A stretch of 32,000 bases of DNA from Aliivibrio fischeri ES114. Its GTDB lineage: Bacteria; Pseudomonadota; Gammaproteobacteria; Enterobacterales; Vibrionaceae. The position numbers and the translations under genes are program-made. The DNA is taken from NCBI RefSeq assembly GCF_000011805.1, contig NC_006840.2. One strand, 5' to 3'. Positions 11,327 through 20,874 of this stretch are shown piece after piece (position 1 is the stretch's first letter; the number at the start of each line of letters is the position of its first letter). The notes beneath the pieces are model-generated. The model had not been told where the DNA came from. It searched no databases and was given only the letters and a program-made list of their open reading frames with translations.

Positions 11327-12196
11327 TTATTTTTTACCCGTTACTTTTTTTGCTAATTCTGATGATTTTTTATCTTTTAGATAAATGTTCTCATAACAGT
11401 GGTTCGTTGCTTCGATATAACCTTCAACGCTGCCACAGTCAAAACGCTTACCTTTAAATTTATAAGCTAAAACACAGCCTGATTGTGCTTGTTTTAGTAG
11501 AGCATCGGTGATTTGAATTTCACCGCCTTTACCTGGTTCTGTCTGCTCGATTAACTCAAAAATATCAGGAGTTAGGATGTAACGACCAATAATAGCTAGG
11601 TTGCTTGGTGCTGTTCCTGGCTCTGGTTTTTCTACCATGTTATCAACACGGTATAAATCATCTTTGATCATTTCACCAGAAATCACACCATATTTGTGCG
11701 TTTCGTTGTCTGGAACTTCTTCTACAGCAACGATAGAACAACGGAATTGCTTGTATAAAGCAACCATTTGAGCCAATACGCCTTGCTCTTCGTTCACACA
11801 TAAGTCATCAGCAAGTACAACTGCGAAAGGTTCATCACCTACAAGTTCACGACCTGTTAAAATTGCATGACCTAAGCCTTTCATTTCACGTTGACGAATA
11901 TAAGTGAAGTGGGCTGAATCAATCAGTTCGCGAACATCTTCAAGAAGTTCTTCTTTGTTTGTACCACTGATTTGGTGCTCTAATTCGTAGTTTTTATCAA
12001 AGTGATCCATTAAAGAATGTTTACCACGACCAGTAACAATACACATACCGTCCATACCAGCATTGATTGCTTCTTCAACACCGTATTCAATAAGAGGCTT
12101 GTTTACAACAGGCATCATTTCTTTTGGCATTGATTTTGTTGCTGGTAAAAAGCGTGTGCCGTAGCCTGCGGCAGGAAATAAACATTTTTTGATCAT
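11327..12196 (-). CDS. galU: UTP--glucose-1-phosphate uridylyltransferase
   Basis: MIKKCLFPAAGYGTRFLPATKSMPKEMMPVVNKPLIEYGVEEA and VEKPEPGTAPSNLAIIGRYIL motifs, 289 aa. Confidence 0.97.
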   Translation of the reverse strand: MIKKCLFPAAGYGTRFLPATKSMPKEMMPVVNKPLIEYGVEEAINAGMDGMCIVTGRGKHSLMDHFDKNYELEHQISGTNKEELLEDVRELIDSAHFTYIRQREMKGLGHAILTGRELVGDEPFAVVLADDLCVNEEQGVLAQMVALYKQFRCSIVAVEEVPDNETHKYGVISGEMIKDDLYRVDNMVEKPEPGTAPSNLAIIGRYILTPDIFELIEQTEPGKGGEIQITDALLKQAQSGCVLAYKFKGKRFDCGSVEGYIEATNHCYENIYLKDKKSSELAKKVTGKK

Positions 12197-12376
12197 AATT
12201 CAGTCCTAGAAAGACAATATTTAAAAATTTAGGGGAGGCTTCATTTTGAGTCTCATTATTATCGACGCAGTTTATCGACTTAGGTGTATGAAATGAAGTG
12301 CTTTCATCAAAAATAGAGCTCCGTATCATTATTAATGTGATTTTCTCTTTAATAAGCATGAAAACCACATGTAAAA

Positions 12377-12781
12377 CTAGTGCTGCATTAACTCTTTAAA
12401 CCAATCCCAAACACCAAAAGAAAAGTTATGGAAAATATCAATACCTAAGGCTGATTTGATTAGATACAAAGCAAAAATGGCCAGTCCTAATATACAAAAA
12501 ATGCCGATGGATATAAGAAAGGTAAGTATTAATAATGCAAAAGGAGACTCTTTACGTAACTGTTGTCGATAATCTCGCCCCAGAAGGAAAACAAAAAAAT
12601 AGCGCTTATTAAAAACAGAAATACTTTTTCTAATATCAACACGATTATTTGAACCTAACCCTGTCGCAATGATCGCGCGTTCAATGGATTCTTTTTGTTC
12701 TTCAGAGAGCTCATCAATGACATTTTCATCTAAAGAAGAATAGAAATGCTCAAGTAACTTTTGTTGTCTATGATTGCCCAC
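12377..12781 (-). CDS. Small membrane protein of unknown function at the end of the polysaccharide gene set
   Basis: 134 aa, GTG start, overlaps the upstream glycosyltransferase by 14 nt. Hydrophobic stretch PFALLILTFLISIGIFCILGLAIFALYLI. No recognised catalytic motif. Confidence 0.75.
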   Translation of the reverse strand: MGNHRQQKLLEHFYSSLDENVIDELSEEQKESIERAIIATGLGSNNRVDIRKSISVFNKRYFFVFLLGRDYRQQLRKESPFALLILTFLISIGIFCILGLAIFALYLIKSALGIDIFHNFSFGVWDWFKELMQH

Positions 12782-13901
12782 TTAATACCTTCTTAGTTAA
12801 TGCTCTTTGGTAAACCGCCATGGTTTGAGTCGCTATTTTTTCCCAGTCGTAATATTCAAGATAGGATGCATAATTGATGCTGCTATATTCATTTTTAGCA
12901 TGCTGAGCGAGTTGTAGTGTTAATTCTTCGGTATTACCAATAGAGAAATACGTATCTGGGGTTAGTTTTACCTCTAAGTTAGCCGGAATATTACTTACAA
13001 TTGCAGGTAAAGAATATGACATAGCTTCAAGTAGAGCGATAGGCAAGCCTTCATGATATGACGGCATTACAAACGTTTTTGCTTGAGAAAAAATGGCTTG
13101 CAGTTCTTCACCTTTTAAAAAGCCAGTAAGAATAACTCCGTCAACATTTTTTGCCTGTTGTTTGAGTTTTTCACTATAAGGCGTAGGGTGATCGGTATCT
13201 CCCATAATAACCAATGGAATATTAAGGTTCGCTTGTTGATAAGCGTCAATGAGGTCATGAAATCCTTTCTCTTCTACAAAACGACCTACCGCAACAAAGT
13301 AATTTCCTGCTGTGAGTGCAAATTTAGATAGAGTTGAGTCTATTTTTTCTTGCGGCAATTGTGTTGGGAGTTTTACACCATTATAAATAAGGTGAGCATC
13401 GTAGCGATTGTATTTTTCTTTGATAATGTCATTGATTACTTCTGAAATAACAATAATCTCATTTGCGTAAGTAGCCGCTAACTTTTCACCTAGCTTAAGA
13501 ATACGTTTGGCAAACCCTCCCCATTTTTGACGGTCATAATCAGGGCCATGATGGGTGAAAACGACTTTTTTTCCTAATAAGCGTAATAAAGGAACAACTA
13601 ACCCAGGTCCTATTGCGTGTACATGTATAACTTTAGAACCGTCAAATAATGTGGTTAACGATGCGAGTGTTGAGTGAATTATCGCTTCAAGGGATTTTTT
13701 CTTAGGAGCCCAAACGGCTTTGGTTTGAACCCCTTGAAATGAGGATATTTTATAGTCCACATAAGGTGAGCGTGCTATTACGCAGATATCATTATCAAAT
13801 TGACGATGAATTTCAGGATAAAGGTGTTGGCAATGAGTTTCTACGCCACCTAATACATTAGGGATGCCTCTAGTGCCAATGACGGTGATTTTTTCTGTCA
13901 T
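12768..13901 (-). CDS. Glycosyltransferase family 4/1 (rhamnosyltransferase-like, GT-B)
   Basis: TRGIPNVLGGVETHCQHLYPEI N-terminus, FVEEKGFHDLIDAYQQ and FVMPSYHEGLPIALLEAMSYSLPAIVS. Confidence 0.88.
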   Translation of the reverse strand: MTEKITVIGTRGIPNVLGGVETHCQHLYPEIHRQFDNDICVIARSPYVDYKISSFQGVQTKAVWAPKKKSLEAIIHSTLASLTTLFDGSKVIHVHAIGPGLVVPLLRLLGKKVVFTHHGPDYDRQKWGGFAKRILKLGEKLAATYANEIIVISEVINDIIKEKYNRYDAHLIYNGVKLPTQLPQEKIDSTLSKFALTAGNYFVAVGRFVEEKGFHDLIDAYQQANLNIPLVIMGDTDHPTPYSEKLKQQAKNVDGVILTGFLKGEELQAIFSQAKTFVMPSYHEGLPIALLEAMSYSLPAIVSNIPANLEVKLTPDTYFSIGNTEELTLQLAQHAKNEYSSINYASYLEYYDWEKIATQTMAVYQRALTKKVLSGQS

Positions 13902-13905
13902 GTTA

Positions 13906-15111
13906 TTATCCTTTCAATAGTTCTTGATATAGATTTAGTAAATCGTTTTTATGTTTAGTTAGCGTGTACTTACTTAAAAAACGCTCTCTTGCATTTTTTC
14001 CCATATCAATGGTTTTTACAGGTTCTTTCACCAGTAGATCCAGTTTATCAGCAAGCGCTTGAGCGTTACCGGCTTCAAATAAATAGCCGTCAATCCCATC
14101 TTTAATTTGTTCTGGTATCCCACCAATTTTTGAACCTATAACCGGTTTCCCATAAGACATGGCTTCTATCACTGACATCGAGCAGTTTTCATAACACTCT
14201 GATGGGACAATCACGGCTTTAGCTTCTTTAATTAGCGTTAAAAGCTCTTCACCACTTTTGAAACCAAGTAGCTCTGCTGTGGGGTAATTCTCTTTTAATT
14301 GATTAAATTCAGGGCCATCTCCAACGATTTTTAAGCCTGCTTTCTCTGTCATCAATTGATGAGCTTCTGCTAGCGTAGGAACACCTTTCTCTTGACTTAA
14401 ACGCCCAAGATAAAGGTAGTAACCATTATCTTTTATTCCCTCTAAAGAAACGTTTTCATCAATGCCATTAACGATGACTTCAATGCGGTTATGTGGCAGT
14501 TTTTGTTGAATGAATCGTCCTAAAAAGCGACTTGGAGAAACAATAGCATCTAGATATTGATAATTTTTGCTGATTTTTTGATATATCGCTTCTAAAGATA
14601 ATAAGACACTTTTACTTAATGATCCTTCTTGGCAGCGATACTTAGTCGCATTCCAAACTGAGCCATGAACACAAGCTTCACATGTATGGCCATTACGGTA
14701 CATGGTGTAGCTTGGACAAGCTATTTTAGTATCGTGGGCAGTAAGTACTGTTTTACAGCCAAACTGCTTAGCTACTTTAATAATTGATGGTGTGAGCTGA
14801 TGATAGATATTATGAAAATGCACCAAGTCGGGCTTTTCTTGCTCTAATAGAGCTTGCAACTTTTCACATGCTTGTCGGTTATGAATAAAATTAATGGCTG
14901 TAGCTAGTTTGTCTTTTATGGTTTGCTTCTGATAATAATCGACATTTTGAACAAAAAACTCAGAGTATTCAGATTCAATATTTTTCTCATGCTGCATCGA
15001 GAACTCAACAATCTTTACTCCTTCAGAAAGGAGCATATCTCGCTCTTGGAAGTAAACCGTTTCTGCGCCACCTTTCATAAAAAAGAATTTATTAACTAAT
15101 AGAATTTTCAT
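13906..15111 (-). CDS. Glycosyltransferase family 4 (GT-B)
   Basis: MKILLVNKFFFMKGGAETVYFQE, LGRLSQEKGVPTLAEAHQL, AVIVPSECYENCSMSVIEAMSYGKPVIGSKIGGIPE. Confidence 0.9.
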   Translation of the reverse strand: MKILLVNKFFFMKGGAETVYFQERDMLLSEGVKIVEFSMQHEKNIESEYSEFFVQNVDYYQKQTIKDKLATAINFIHNRQACEKLQALLEQEKPDLVHFHNIYHQLTPSIIKVAKQFGCKTVLTAHDTKIACPSYTMYRNGHTCEACVHGSVWNATKYRCQEGSLSKSVLLSLEAIYQKISKNYQYLDAIVSPSRFLGRFIQQKLPHNRIEVIVNGIDENVSLEGIKDNGYYLYLGRLSQEKGVPTLAEAHQLMTEKAGLKIVGDGPEFNQLKENYPTAELLGFKSGEELLTLIKEAKAVIVPSECYENCSMSVIEAMSYGKPVIGSKIGGIPEQIKDGIDGYLFEAGNAQALADKLDLLVKEPVKTIDMGKNARERFLSKYTLTKHKNDLLNLYQELLKG

Positions 15112-16106
15112 TTTTTACCCTCGTTAATAACGGTATGTGGTGGTGGTGTTTTTGGATCTTTTAAAGGAATAAATAGCCCTTTAATTAAGCCTGCCGCAAA
15201 GACTGAAAGATTTAATACGCTTTGAAGGGCATCTCTAATAGAACGATTTTTTATTGTTTTTAATCCGATGAAAGCGAATAGAGGTAAGGAAGTCGCTCCA
15301 ATTAATATTGGATTAAATGAAAGTAATGAAGCGAATAAAATGAATAAATAGACAGCAAAGATAGCTTCATTCTTAATGGTTTTTAGGGCGTGTGAAAATA
15401 ATGGCGTTCCAAAAGCGCCTTTCACTAATTCTCCAGGAGCAAAAAGGTAGCCGCCTTTCCAGCGATGTTTCATTAATGCTAATGACGACATGGTGTAGGA
15501 TGTATGGAAAAAATAAGGAACATCAAGACGATGTAATTTATACCCTGCGTGAGTTAAACGCATTCCTAATTCTGATTCTTCGTAAGCATGAAGGTTACGA
15601 TTGGTTAAATAGTCAATTTCATCAATGGCCGTTTTTCGATAAAGGCCTCCGCCACCTAAATGTGAGCAATCACCAATAGGATAAATTTGATGAAGACGCT
15701 GTTTGCGAGATTTAAACTCATAACTATCAACATCATCCATTTCTACAGAGCCCGCAACGCCTGCATATTGAGGGTTCTCAAGTAAGAAGGATACACCTTG
15801 TTCAATAAACCCTGATTCCAGTTCCATATCACCATCAAGAAGTAGCAGGAAATCGCCTTCACTATAAAGGTAACCAAGCTGATGTCCGACACCGCAGCAA
15901 CGATCTTCTGGCTCAGTAAGAGAAACAACCGTTACGTCCATTTTTGTGGCGATATCTTGAGTGTTGTCGGTAGACAAACTATCAGCAACAATAATTTTAT
16001 GAGGGTATACCCCCATATTTTTTTTGATGCTGGAGATAGTTTTCTCTATGCCTGCTTCTTCATTATAAGTCTTGATAATGACTGAGATAAATGGAAGTTT
16101 AGTCAT
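15108..16106 (-). CDS. Glycosyltransferase family 2 (GT-A) with C-terminal membrane segments
   Basis: ISVIIKTYNEEAGIEKTISSI, KIIVADSLSTDNTQDIA, FLLLLDGDMELESGFI. 4-nt overlap with the neighbouring gene. Confidence 0.9.
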   Translation of the reverse strand: MTKLPFISVIIKTYNEEAGIEKTISSIKKNMGVYPHKIIVADSLSTDNTQDIATKMDVTVVSLTEPEDRCCGVGHQLGYLYSEGDFLLLLDGDMELESGFIEQGVSFLLENPQYAGVAGSVEMDDVDSYEFKSRKQRLHQIYPIGDCSHLGGGGLYRKTAIDEIDYLTNRNLHAYEESELGMRLTHAGYKLHRLDVPYFFHTSYTMSSLALMKHRWKGGYLFAPGELVKGAFGTPLFSHALKTIKNEAIFAVYLFILFASLLSFNPILIGATSLPLFAFIGLKTIKNRSIRDALQSVLNLSVFAAGLIKGLFIPLKDPKTPPPHTVINEGKK

Positions 16107-17478
16107 GGTTTTCTGCCGCCGTGATCAGTGATTTTCGGATCACTAGGTTTGAGCCTAATGATAAGTAAAAAAGAAATTGAAGCATGGGAACAAGCATCAA
16201 TATTTGACTATATGGAAGGCTTAATAAACACCCGATGGCAAATGCATTAAATGCTGGTGGATAGCTCATTAACCTGATGTCTTCTTTGGCTACATCCTTG
16301 CGATTAAATAAGGGGGTAGGTTTACAGACCTTAAGGATATAGATTGTCATTGAAATGAAAAAAAGCGTACCTATGATGCCTAATTCCCATAAAAGAACAC
16401 TAAGAGCTGTTGAATCGAGAATGACATTAAAAACCACATTTAAAAAACCGGGAGCTACAGCACTACCGTGGTTTGTGGTATTTAATCCATAACCAAATAG
16501 CGTACTTGGTAAACCGAATAAATCGTTATGCTCTAACCAAAAGAAGATAGTGGTCATTCGACCTAGCTCACCTGATGGCATTATGTAGTTGGGATCAAAA
16601 ATATATTCTAATGAATCAATAAATATATCTAACGGTCCTTTGGTTGGATCACTACCAAAAGCGGATGAGTAAGAAAGAGAAAGCAGTAAGATAGCAATAC
16701 TCATAAGTAGTAGCATGCCACTCACAATAGCTAAGATAATTTTAATATCATAACTTTTCATTCCCTTAATATAACTTGGAGCAAGCCATACATAAGCCAG
16801 TAGTATAGGGGAGAGTAAAATAACAAATTTAATCTCACCTAAAATACAGAGAGTGAACGCGGCACCAATATGTAAAATCGTTGATTTTATTGTTGTTAAG
16901 CCGTGTTTATATTCTGAAAGTTTTAATAGCATTATCAATAAACAGAATAGTCCCATCGCTGCGGTATTTCCCCCCCCCATAGGGTCGCCGCCAAAGGTTC
17001 CTACGACGGAATCCCACTTTTCAAACTCACCTTCAGATGCAACCCGCTGGGGTAAAATAACAAACACTTGATATAAGACGACGGGAAATTGAGCATAGAA
17101 AATCCAATAGAGTGTTTTCGTGACTCGATAGATTTGTGATTCGCGACAAAATCGAAGTAATAAACAAAATAGTATTAATGAGAGTGCAAGTTCATTCTTT
17201 AGACCAACGATTGTTATCGTAACTCCGTTTTGTAAGTAAGTACTAACTAATGCAATGCCAAAAAAACCAAGAAAGAGTATCAATATGATCATTTCTTTAT
17301 GGTCTAAATTCAGGGGAGAATAACGAACTTGTAGTAATAATAACCCCGTCATGGCGAAAGCGAGTAAAAACGGCAACCATAAAACTGCAGAAACACCTGT
17401 GAAATATTGCGTCGAACCGCAAAAAACAAGAGTAAATATGGCGTAGATTTGAAGATATAAGCCCGTATTCATTTTCAT
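16099..17478 (-). CDS. Wzy-like O-antigen/exopolysaccharide polymerase
   Basis: 459 aa polytopic membrane protein in an operon with Wzx, OPX and PCP genes. Large periplasmic-loop-like region SSAFGSDPTKGPLDIFIDSLEYIF...GYGLNTTNHGSAVAPGFLNVVFN. Confidence 0.78.
   Translation of the reverse strand: MKMNTGLYLQIYAIFTLVFCGSTQYFTGVSAVLWLPFLLAFAMTGLLLLQVRYSPLNLDHKEMIILILFLGFFGIALVSTYLQNGVTITIVGLKNELALSLILFCLLLRFCRESQIYRVTKTLYWIFYAQFPVVLYQVFVILPQRVASEGEFEKWDSVVGTFGGDPMGGGNTAAMGLFCLLIMLLKLSEYKHGLTTIKSTILHIGAAFTLCILGEIKFVILLSPILLAYVWLAPSYIKGMKSYDIKIILAIVSGMLLLMSIAILLLSLSYSSAFGSDPTKGPLDIFIDSLEYIFDPNYIMPSGELGRMTTIFFWLEHNDLFGLPSTLFGYGLNTTNHGSAVAPGFLNVVFNVILDSTALSVLLWELGIIGTLFFISMTIYILKVCKPTPLFNRKDVAKEDIRLMSYPPAFNAFAIGCLLSLPYSQILMLVPMLQFLFYLSLGSNLVIRKSLITAAENHD
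16970..16978 (-). repeat. Homopolymeric G9 tract (C9 on + strand) inside the wzy-like CDS
   Basis: + strand GGTATTTCCCCCCCCCATAGG; coding strand ATGGGGGGGGGAAAT, encoding M-G-G-G-N. Confidence 0.95.
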
Positions 17479-17480
17479 TA

Positions 17481-18686
17481 TTAAGCATCTTCCTTAGCTA
17501 AAAGGTGTGCTCTTTTGTTTACTTTTAAATAAATAAAGGCGTAACGAATAAAGGATAAAACCGCAAATAATAAAACAGAATAAGCGTAATCTTTGTGGAA
17601 GTAAGGAAATACAACAAAAGCGAGCACGATTACTAGTAATTGCTCAATTTGAATGCGAAGGAAATATTTTGGTGAACCAAATACCAATTCAATTACTGTT
17701 AGAGGACACACTGCCAGTGCCGGTAATAAATAAGGAAGCATATATCGAGAGGTTGGTACCGAGCTTAGCCATTCATCATTAAAACCTAATTGCATGATTA
17801 AAGGATAAAAAATTAATACACCAGCGGTCGCGATTAAACCTAATACCAATAACATTAAGCGAACTTTTTTAAACTCTTGGAAATTGAAAGTGTTATTTCG
17901 AAAATCAATGGACCACTTTGAAAAAATAGAGTTTCTAACAGCATTACCAACAATAGTCACTGGAGCCAAACAAAAGCGATTAACAACAGCAAAATAGCCA
18001 GCGGTTAATGGAGAAAACCAAAAGTTAATTAATAGTGTAGGTAGATTATTGTTAGCCATAGCAAGTACTTCAGCACTCCCTATTCCTGATAAATGACTTC
18101 GGTTTTCTTTAATAAATGCTAAATTATTTGAAAGCGAAAAGTGAGATATTGAAATTTGAGCAAATGAGACTGAATAGGTCAGCCATGCACAGATAAGGAA
18201 TAATAATCCTGCTGCCCAACAAAAATAGAATGACTCGATATTTGGAGTAAGGAATATAGCGCCGATAACCAATAATGAAACAGAGATTCGTTGGAAGGCT
18301 AATAAACGGATATTTTCTACGCGTAGCAATAAGTTTTCAGATACAAGAATCCAAGCATGACAAAGCGTTAGAACATAGAGTATGTATCCATTTTGCTCAA
18401 AAAATAGCGTCATGATGTAGCTGTAAGGAAGAGCAATAAGCATACTCTGAAGTAACGAGAATACGATATTTTGCGATAAAGTATGGTCATTTTGCTTTGG
18501 TAACAATAACTGTGATGCAAAAGTACAAATTTGAGCCCCAATTAAAACAATACTGTACACAAGCGCATAAATGCCGACCTGTGACATATTGTATTTATGA
18601 GATATAAGCCAAATTGAAATTGCACCAATGATCTGAGAAATCACTGATGCTCCTGCTATCGTAGTAATACTTTTTAGCAAGCTCAT
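17481..18686 (-). CDS. Wzx-like polysaccharide flippase (MATE/MVF-like)
   Basis: 401 aa with about 12 hydrophobic segments; N-terminus SLLKSITTIAGASVISQIIGAISIWLISHKYNMSQVGIYALV typical of O-unit flippases. Confidence 0.85.
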   Translation of the reverse strand: MSLLKSITTIAGASVISQIIGAISIWLISHKYNMSQVGIYALVYSIVLIGAQICTFASQLLLPKQNDHTLSQNIVFSLLQSMLIALPYSYIMTLFFEQNGYILYVLTLCHAWILVSENLLLRVENIRLLAFQRISVSLLVIGAIFLTPNIESFYFCWAAGLLFLICAWLTYSVSFAQISISHFSLSNNLAFIKENRSHLSGIGSAEVLAMANNNLPTLLINFWFSPLTAGYFAVVNRFCLAPVTIVGNAVRNSIFSKWSIDFRNNTFNFQEFKKVRLMLLVLGLIATAGVLIFYPLIMQLGFNDEWLSSVPTSRYMLPYLLPALAVCPLTVIELVFGSPKYFLRIQIEQLLVIVLAFVVFPYFHKDYAYSVLLFAVLSFIRYAFIYLKVNKRAHLLAKEDA

Positions 18687-18690
18687 ATTA

Positions 18691-20871
18691 TTAACCTAAA
18701 ATGTCATCATTTTGGTGGATTAATTGCTGCTTGGCTTCTTCTGTTTCTAATTCGTCGTTTTGAACATCAGTAAGTATTACACCCATAATTGGTGTTTGAA
18801 CTTGTTTAACTTTTTCAATGTTAGCAAGGATATGATTAGCACTTAGTTCACCTGCTTGCACAGTGTAAATGACACCGGATAGATGACGAGCGATTAGTTG
18901 AGCATCTTTGCTTTCTGTCATTGCTGGTAAATTAACGATAACTTGTTCAAATTGTTTGCTTAACTCTTTTAGTTGGCGACCTAACTCTTCTGAAGCTAAG
19001 GTGATTAATGGTGTTTCTGTTAATGTGCCACGAGGTAAAAATGTTAAGTTATTTTCAATTTTTATTAGACAATCGTTGATTGGGTGTTTTTGTTCTAATG
19101 CCTCTGCTACACCCATTACTGTGGATGTTGGGACTGTTTCGAAATCATCACTATTCTCTGCTTTTTTAGCATCAATCTCGTTTTCTTTCTGCATTAGGAT
19201 TGCTTCAGTTAACGAAATTTCCTTTCTATAATCTAAATCAATAAGTAAGGTTGAGCGGTCTTGTGAGAATGAATATGCAAGTAGATAGCTATTTAGTTCA
19301 TTGCTTTCAGTCGATTCAGTCGATGTTAAACCAATGATAGGCCAAGGCTTATCATCTAAAAGAATGGTTGTACGAATAGCATGAACAGTTTCTGCTGAAT
19401 AACTATTTTTAAAGAAGTTTTTAGTAAATAAAGCCAACTCATCAATATAATTTAGACTGATTAACTCCCCTATACCTTGTAAGCCTAAGCGAGTATTAAC
19501 TTGGGTTAAGTTATTGATTGATTTGTTTAATGCTGATTTTATGATGATAAATAGAAGACTAAAAATGATCGTCATAGCACAAACCATAATTAGCAATAGT
19601 GCTTTATTAGGTTTGCTTGGTTTGTGAGGTGGTGTAGCAGCATCAAGTAAACGAGCAACCGGTTCACGATATAAAACGGTTAGTTCTTGTTCTTTGCTGC
19701 GTAAAAATATTTTTTCATACAGTTCTTGAGTCTTATCAAGATCTGCTTTCATTGTATTATAAGTATCTTTTTTTGCTGCTAATGCAGTGAAGTCTTTTTT
19801 CTGCTCAGCAAGTAAAGCTCTGTATTTGTTCTCTCTCTCAATCGCAGCTTGGTATTCTTTGTATAACCCTGTTTTAAGTTCTTTTAAAAGAGCGGTTGTT
19901 TGGAGTTCAATCGCTTTTATTTGAGCGTTAGCTTCTAATATTTGACGGTTTTTAGGACCATACATTTTTTGAAGATCGAATAAGGTGCGTTTTGCTTGAA
20001 TTAACGCAATTCGAAGATCTTGTAATTGAGCGTGGTTAGAAATACTTGGTAAAGTAGCTACGTCTTCTAGGGGGTAACCGAGAGCTTCGCTTATTGTGTT
20101 GTAATTAGCTTTGGCTGTGATCCGTTTTTCTTTTGCGGTTGCAAGTCGATCGTTAACTAACGCTAGTTGTTCTGTTTCAAAGCCATCGACACCTTGATAG
20201 GTAAGTAACCCATTATCTGACAAGAATTTATCAATATCGGCTTTTTGTTGTTTAATTTTCTCTTTTAGTTCGCTCATACGAGTGTTATTCCACTGTTGAG
20301 CTTGTTGAGTTTTTTCTATTTTTCTTTGTTCTTGCTGCTCGATATAGCTTTCAACGACAGCATTAGCAACTAATGCTGACATATCGGAGTCTTTAGATTC
20401 ATAAGAAACATGAACTAATTGGCTAAAACGTACTGGAGAGATAGAGAGCTTTTTCTTTATTGCTTTTACTATTGAATAGAGGTGCTCTTCTTCGGATTGA
20501 GGGATATTTTCGTCTTTATCCTCGTCTTCGAAGATCGGGCTATTAATAAGATCTAATTTTTTAGCTGCTGCTTCAATAACGGTTTTTGATTGAAGTAACT
20601 CGGCTTGAGTTGGGTAGTATTCAGCTTGCGTTGCATCAAAATCTTCCACTTGGTCAATTGGAGTGGAGTTATCTGTTTTGGCTTTTAAAACGATAGTTGC
20701 CGTTGCTGTATATTGAGGTGTCATTCCGTTAATTAGCGGAAACGCAGCCAATGTTATAGCTAAAACAACGAGTAGCACGCGCAGACGATATTTTTTAAAC
20801 TCTTTTAAAAAGTTCGAAAAATCGATTGTACTTTCTAGCTTTTTGCCATTTTCAATAATTGATAGTGCCAT
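18691..20871 (-). CDS. Polysaccharide co-polymerase (Wzz/GumC domain) fused to a degenerate BY-kinase/ATPase-like domain
   Basis: Two TM helices flank a coiled-coil periplasmic region (GPKNRQILEANAQIKAIE; PREPVARLLDAATPPHKPSKPNKALLLI-like Wzz motif). The C-terminal domain retains TLLIDLDYRKEISL and FEQVIVNLPAMTESKDAQLIARHL but lacks GKS/T. Confidence 0.88.
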   Translation of the reverse strand: MALSIIENGKKLESTIDFSNFLKEFKKYRLRVLLVVLAITLAAFPLINGMTPQYTATATIVLKAKTDNSTPIDQVEDFDATQAEYYPTQAELLQSKTVIEAAAKKLDLINSPIFEDEDKDENIPQSEEEHLYSIVKAIKKKLSISPVRFSQLVHVSYESKDSDMSALVANAVVESYIEQQEQRKIEKTQQAQQWNNTRMSELKEKIKQQKADIDKFLSDNGLLTYQGVDGFETEQLALVNDRLATAKEKRITAKANYNTISEALGYPLEDVATLPSISNHAQLQDLRIALIQAKRTLFDLQKMYGPKNRQILEANAQIKAIELQTTALLKELKTGLYKEYQAAIERENKYRALLAEQKKDFTALAAKKDTYNTMKADLDKTQELYEKIFLRSKEQELTVLYREPVARLLDAATPPHKPSKPNKALLLIMVCAMTIIFSLLFIIIKSALNKSINNLTQVNTRLGLQGIGELISLNYIDELALFTKNFFKNSYSAETVHAIRTTILLDDKPWPIIGLTSTESTESNELNSYLLAYSFSQDRSTLLIDLDYRKEISLTEAILMQKENEIDAKKAENSDDFETVPTSTVMGVAEALEQKHPINDCLIKIENNLTFLPRGTLTETPLITLASEELGRQLKELSKQFEQVIVNLPAMTESKDAQLIARHLSGVIYTVQAGELSANHILANIEKVKQVQTPIMGVILTDVQNDELETEEAKQQLIHQNDDILG

Positions 20872-20874
20872 AAT

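Noticed and set aside
12087-12368. Track ORF of 93 aa on the minus strand overlapping the galU start
   Set aside because: Out of frame with galU, no RBS or domain signal, composition like shadow coding; galU clearly starts at 12196.
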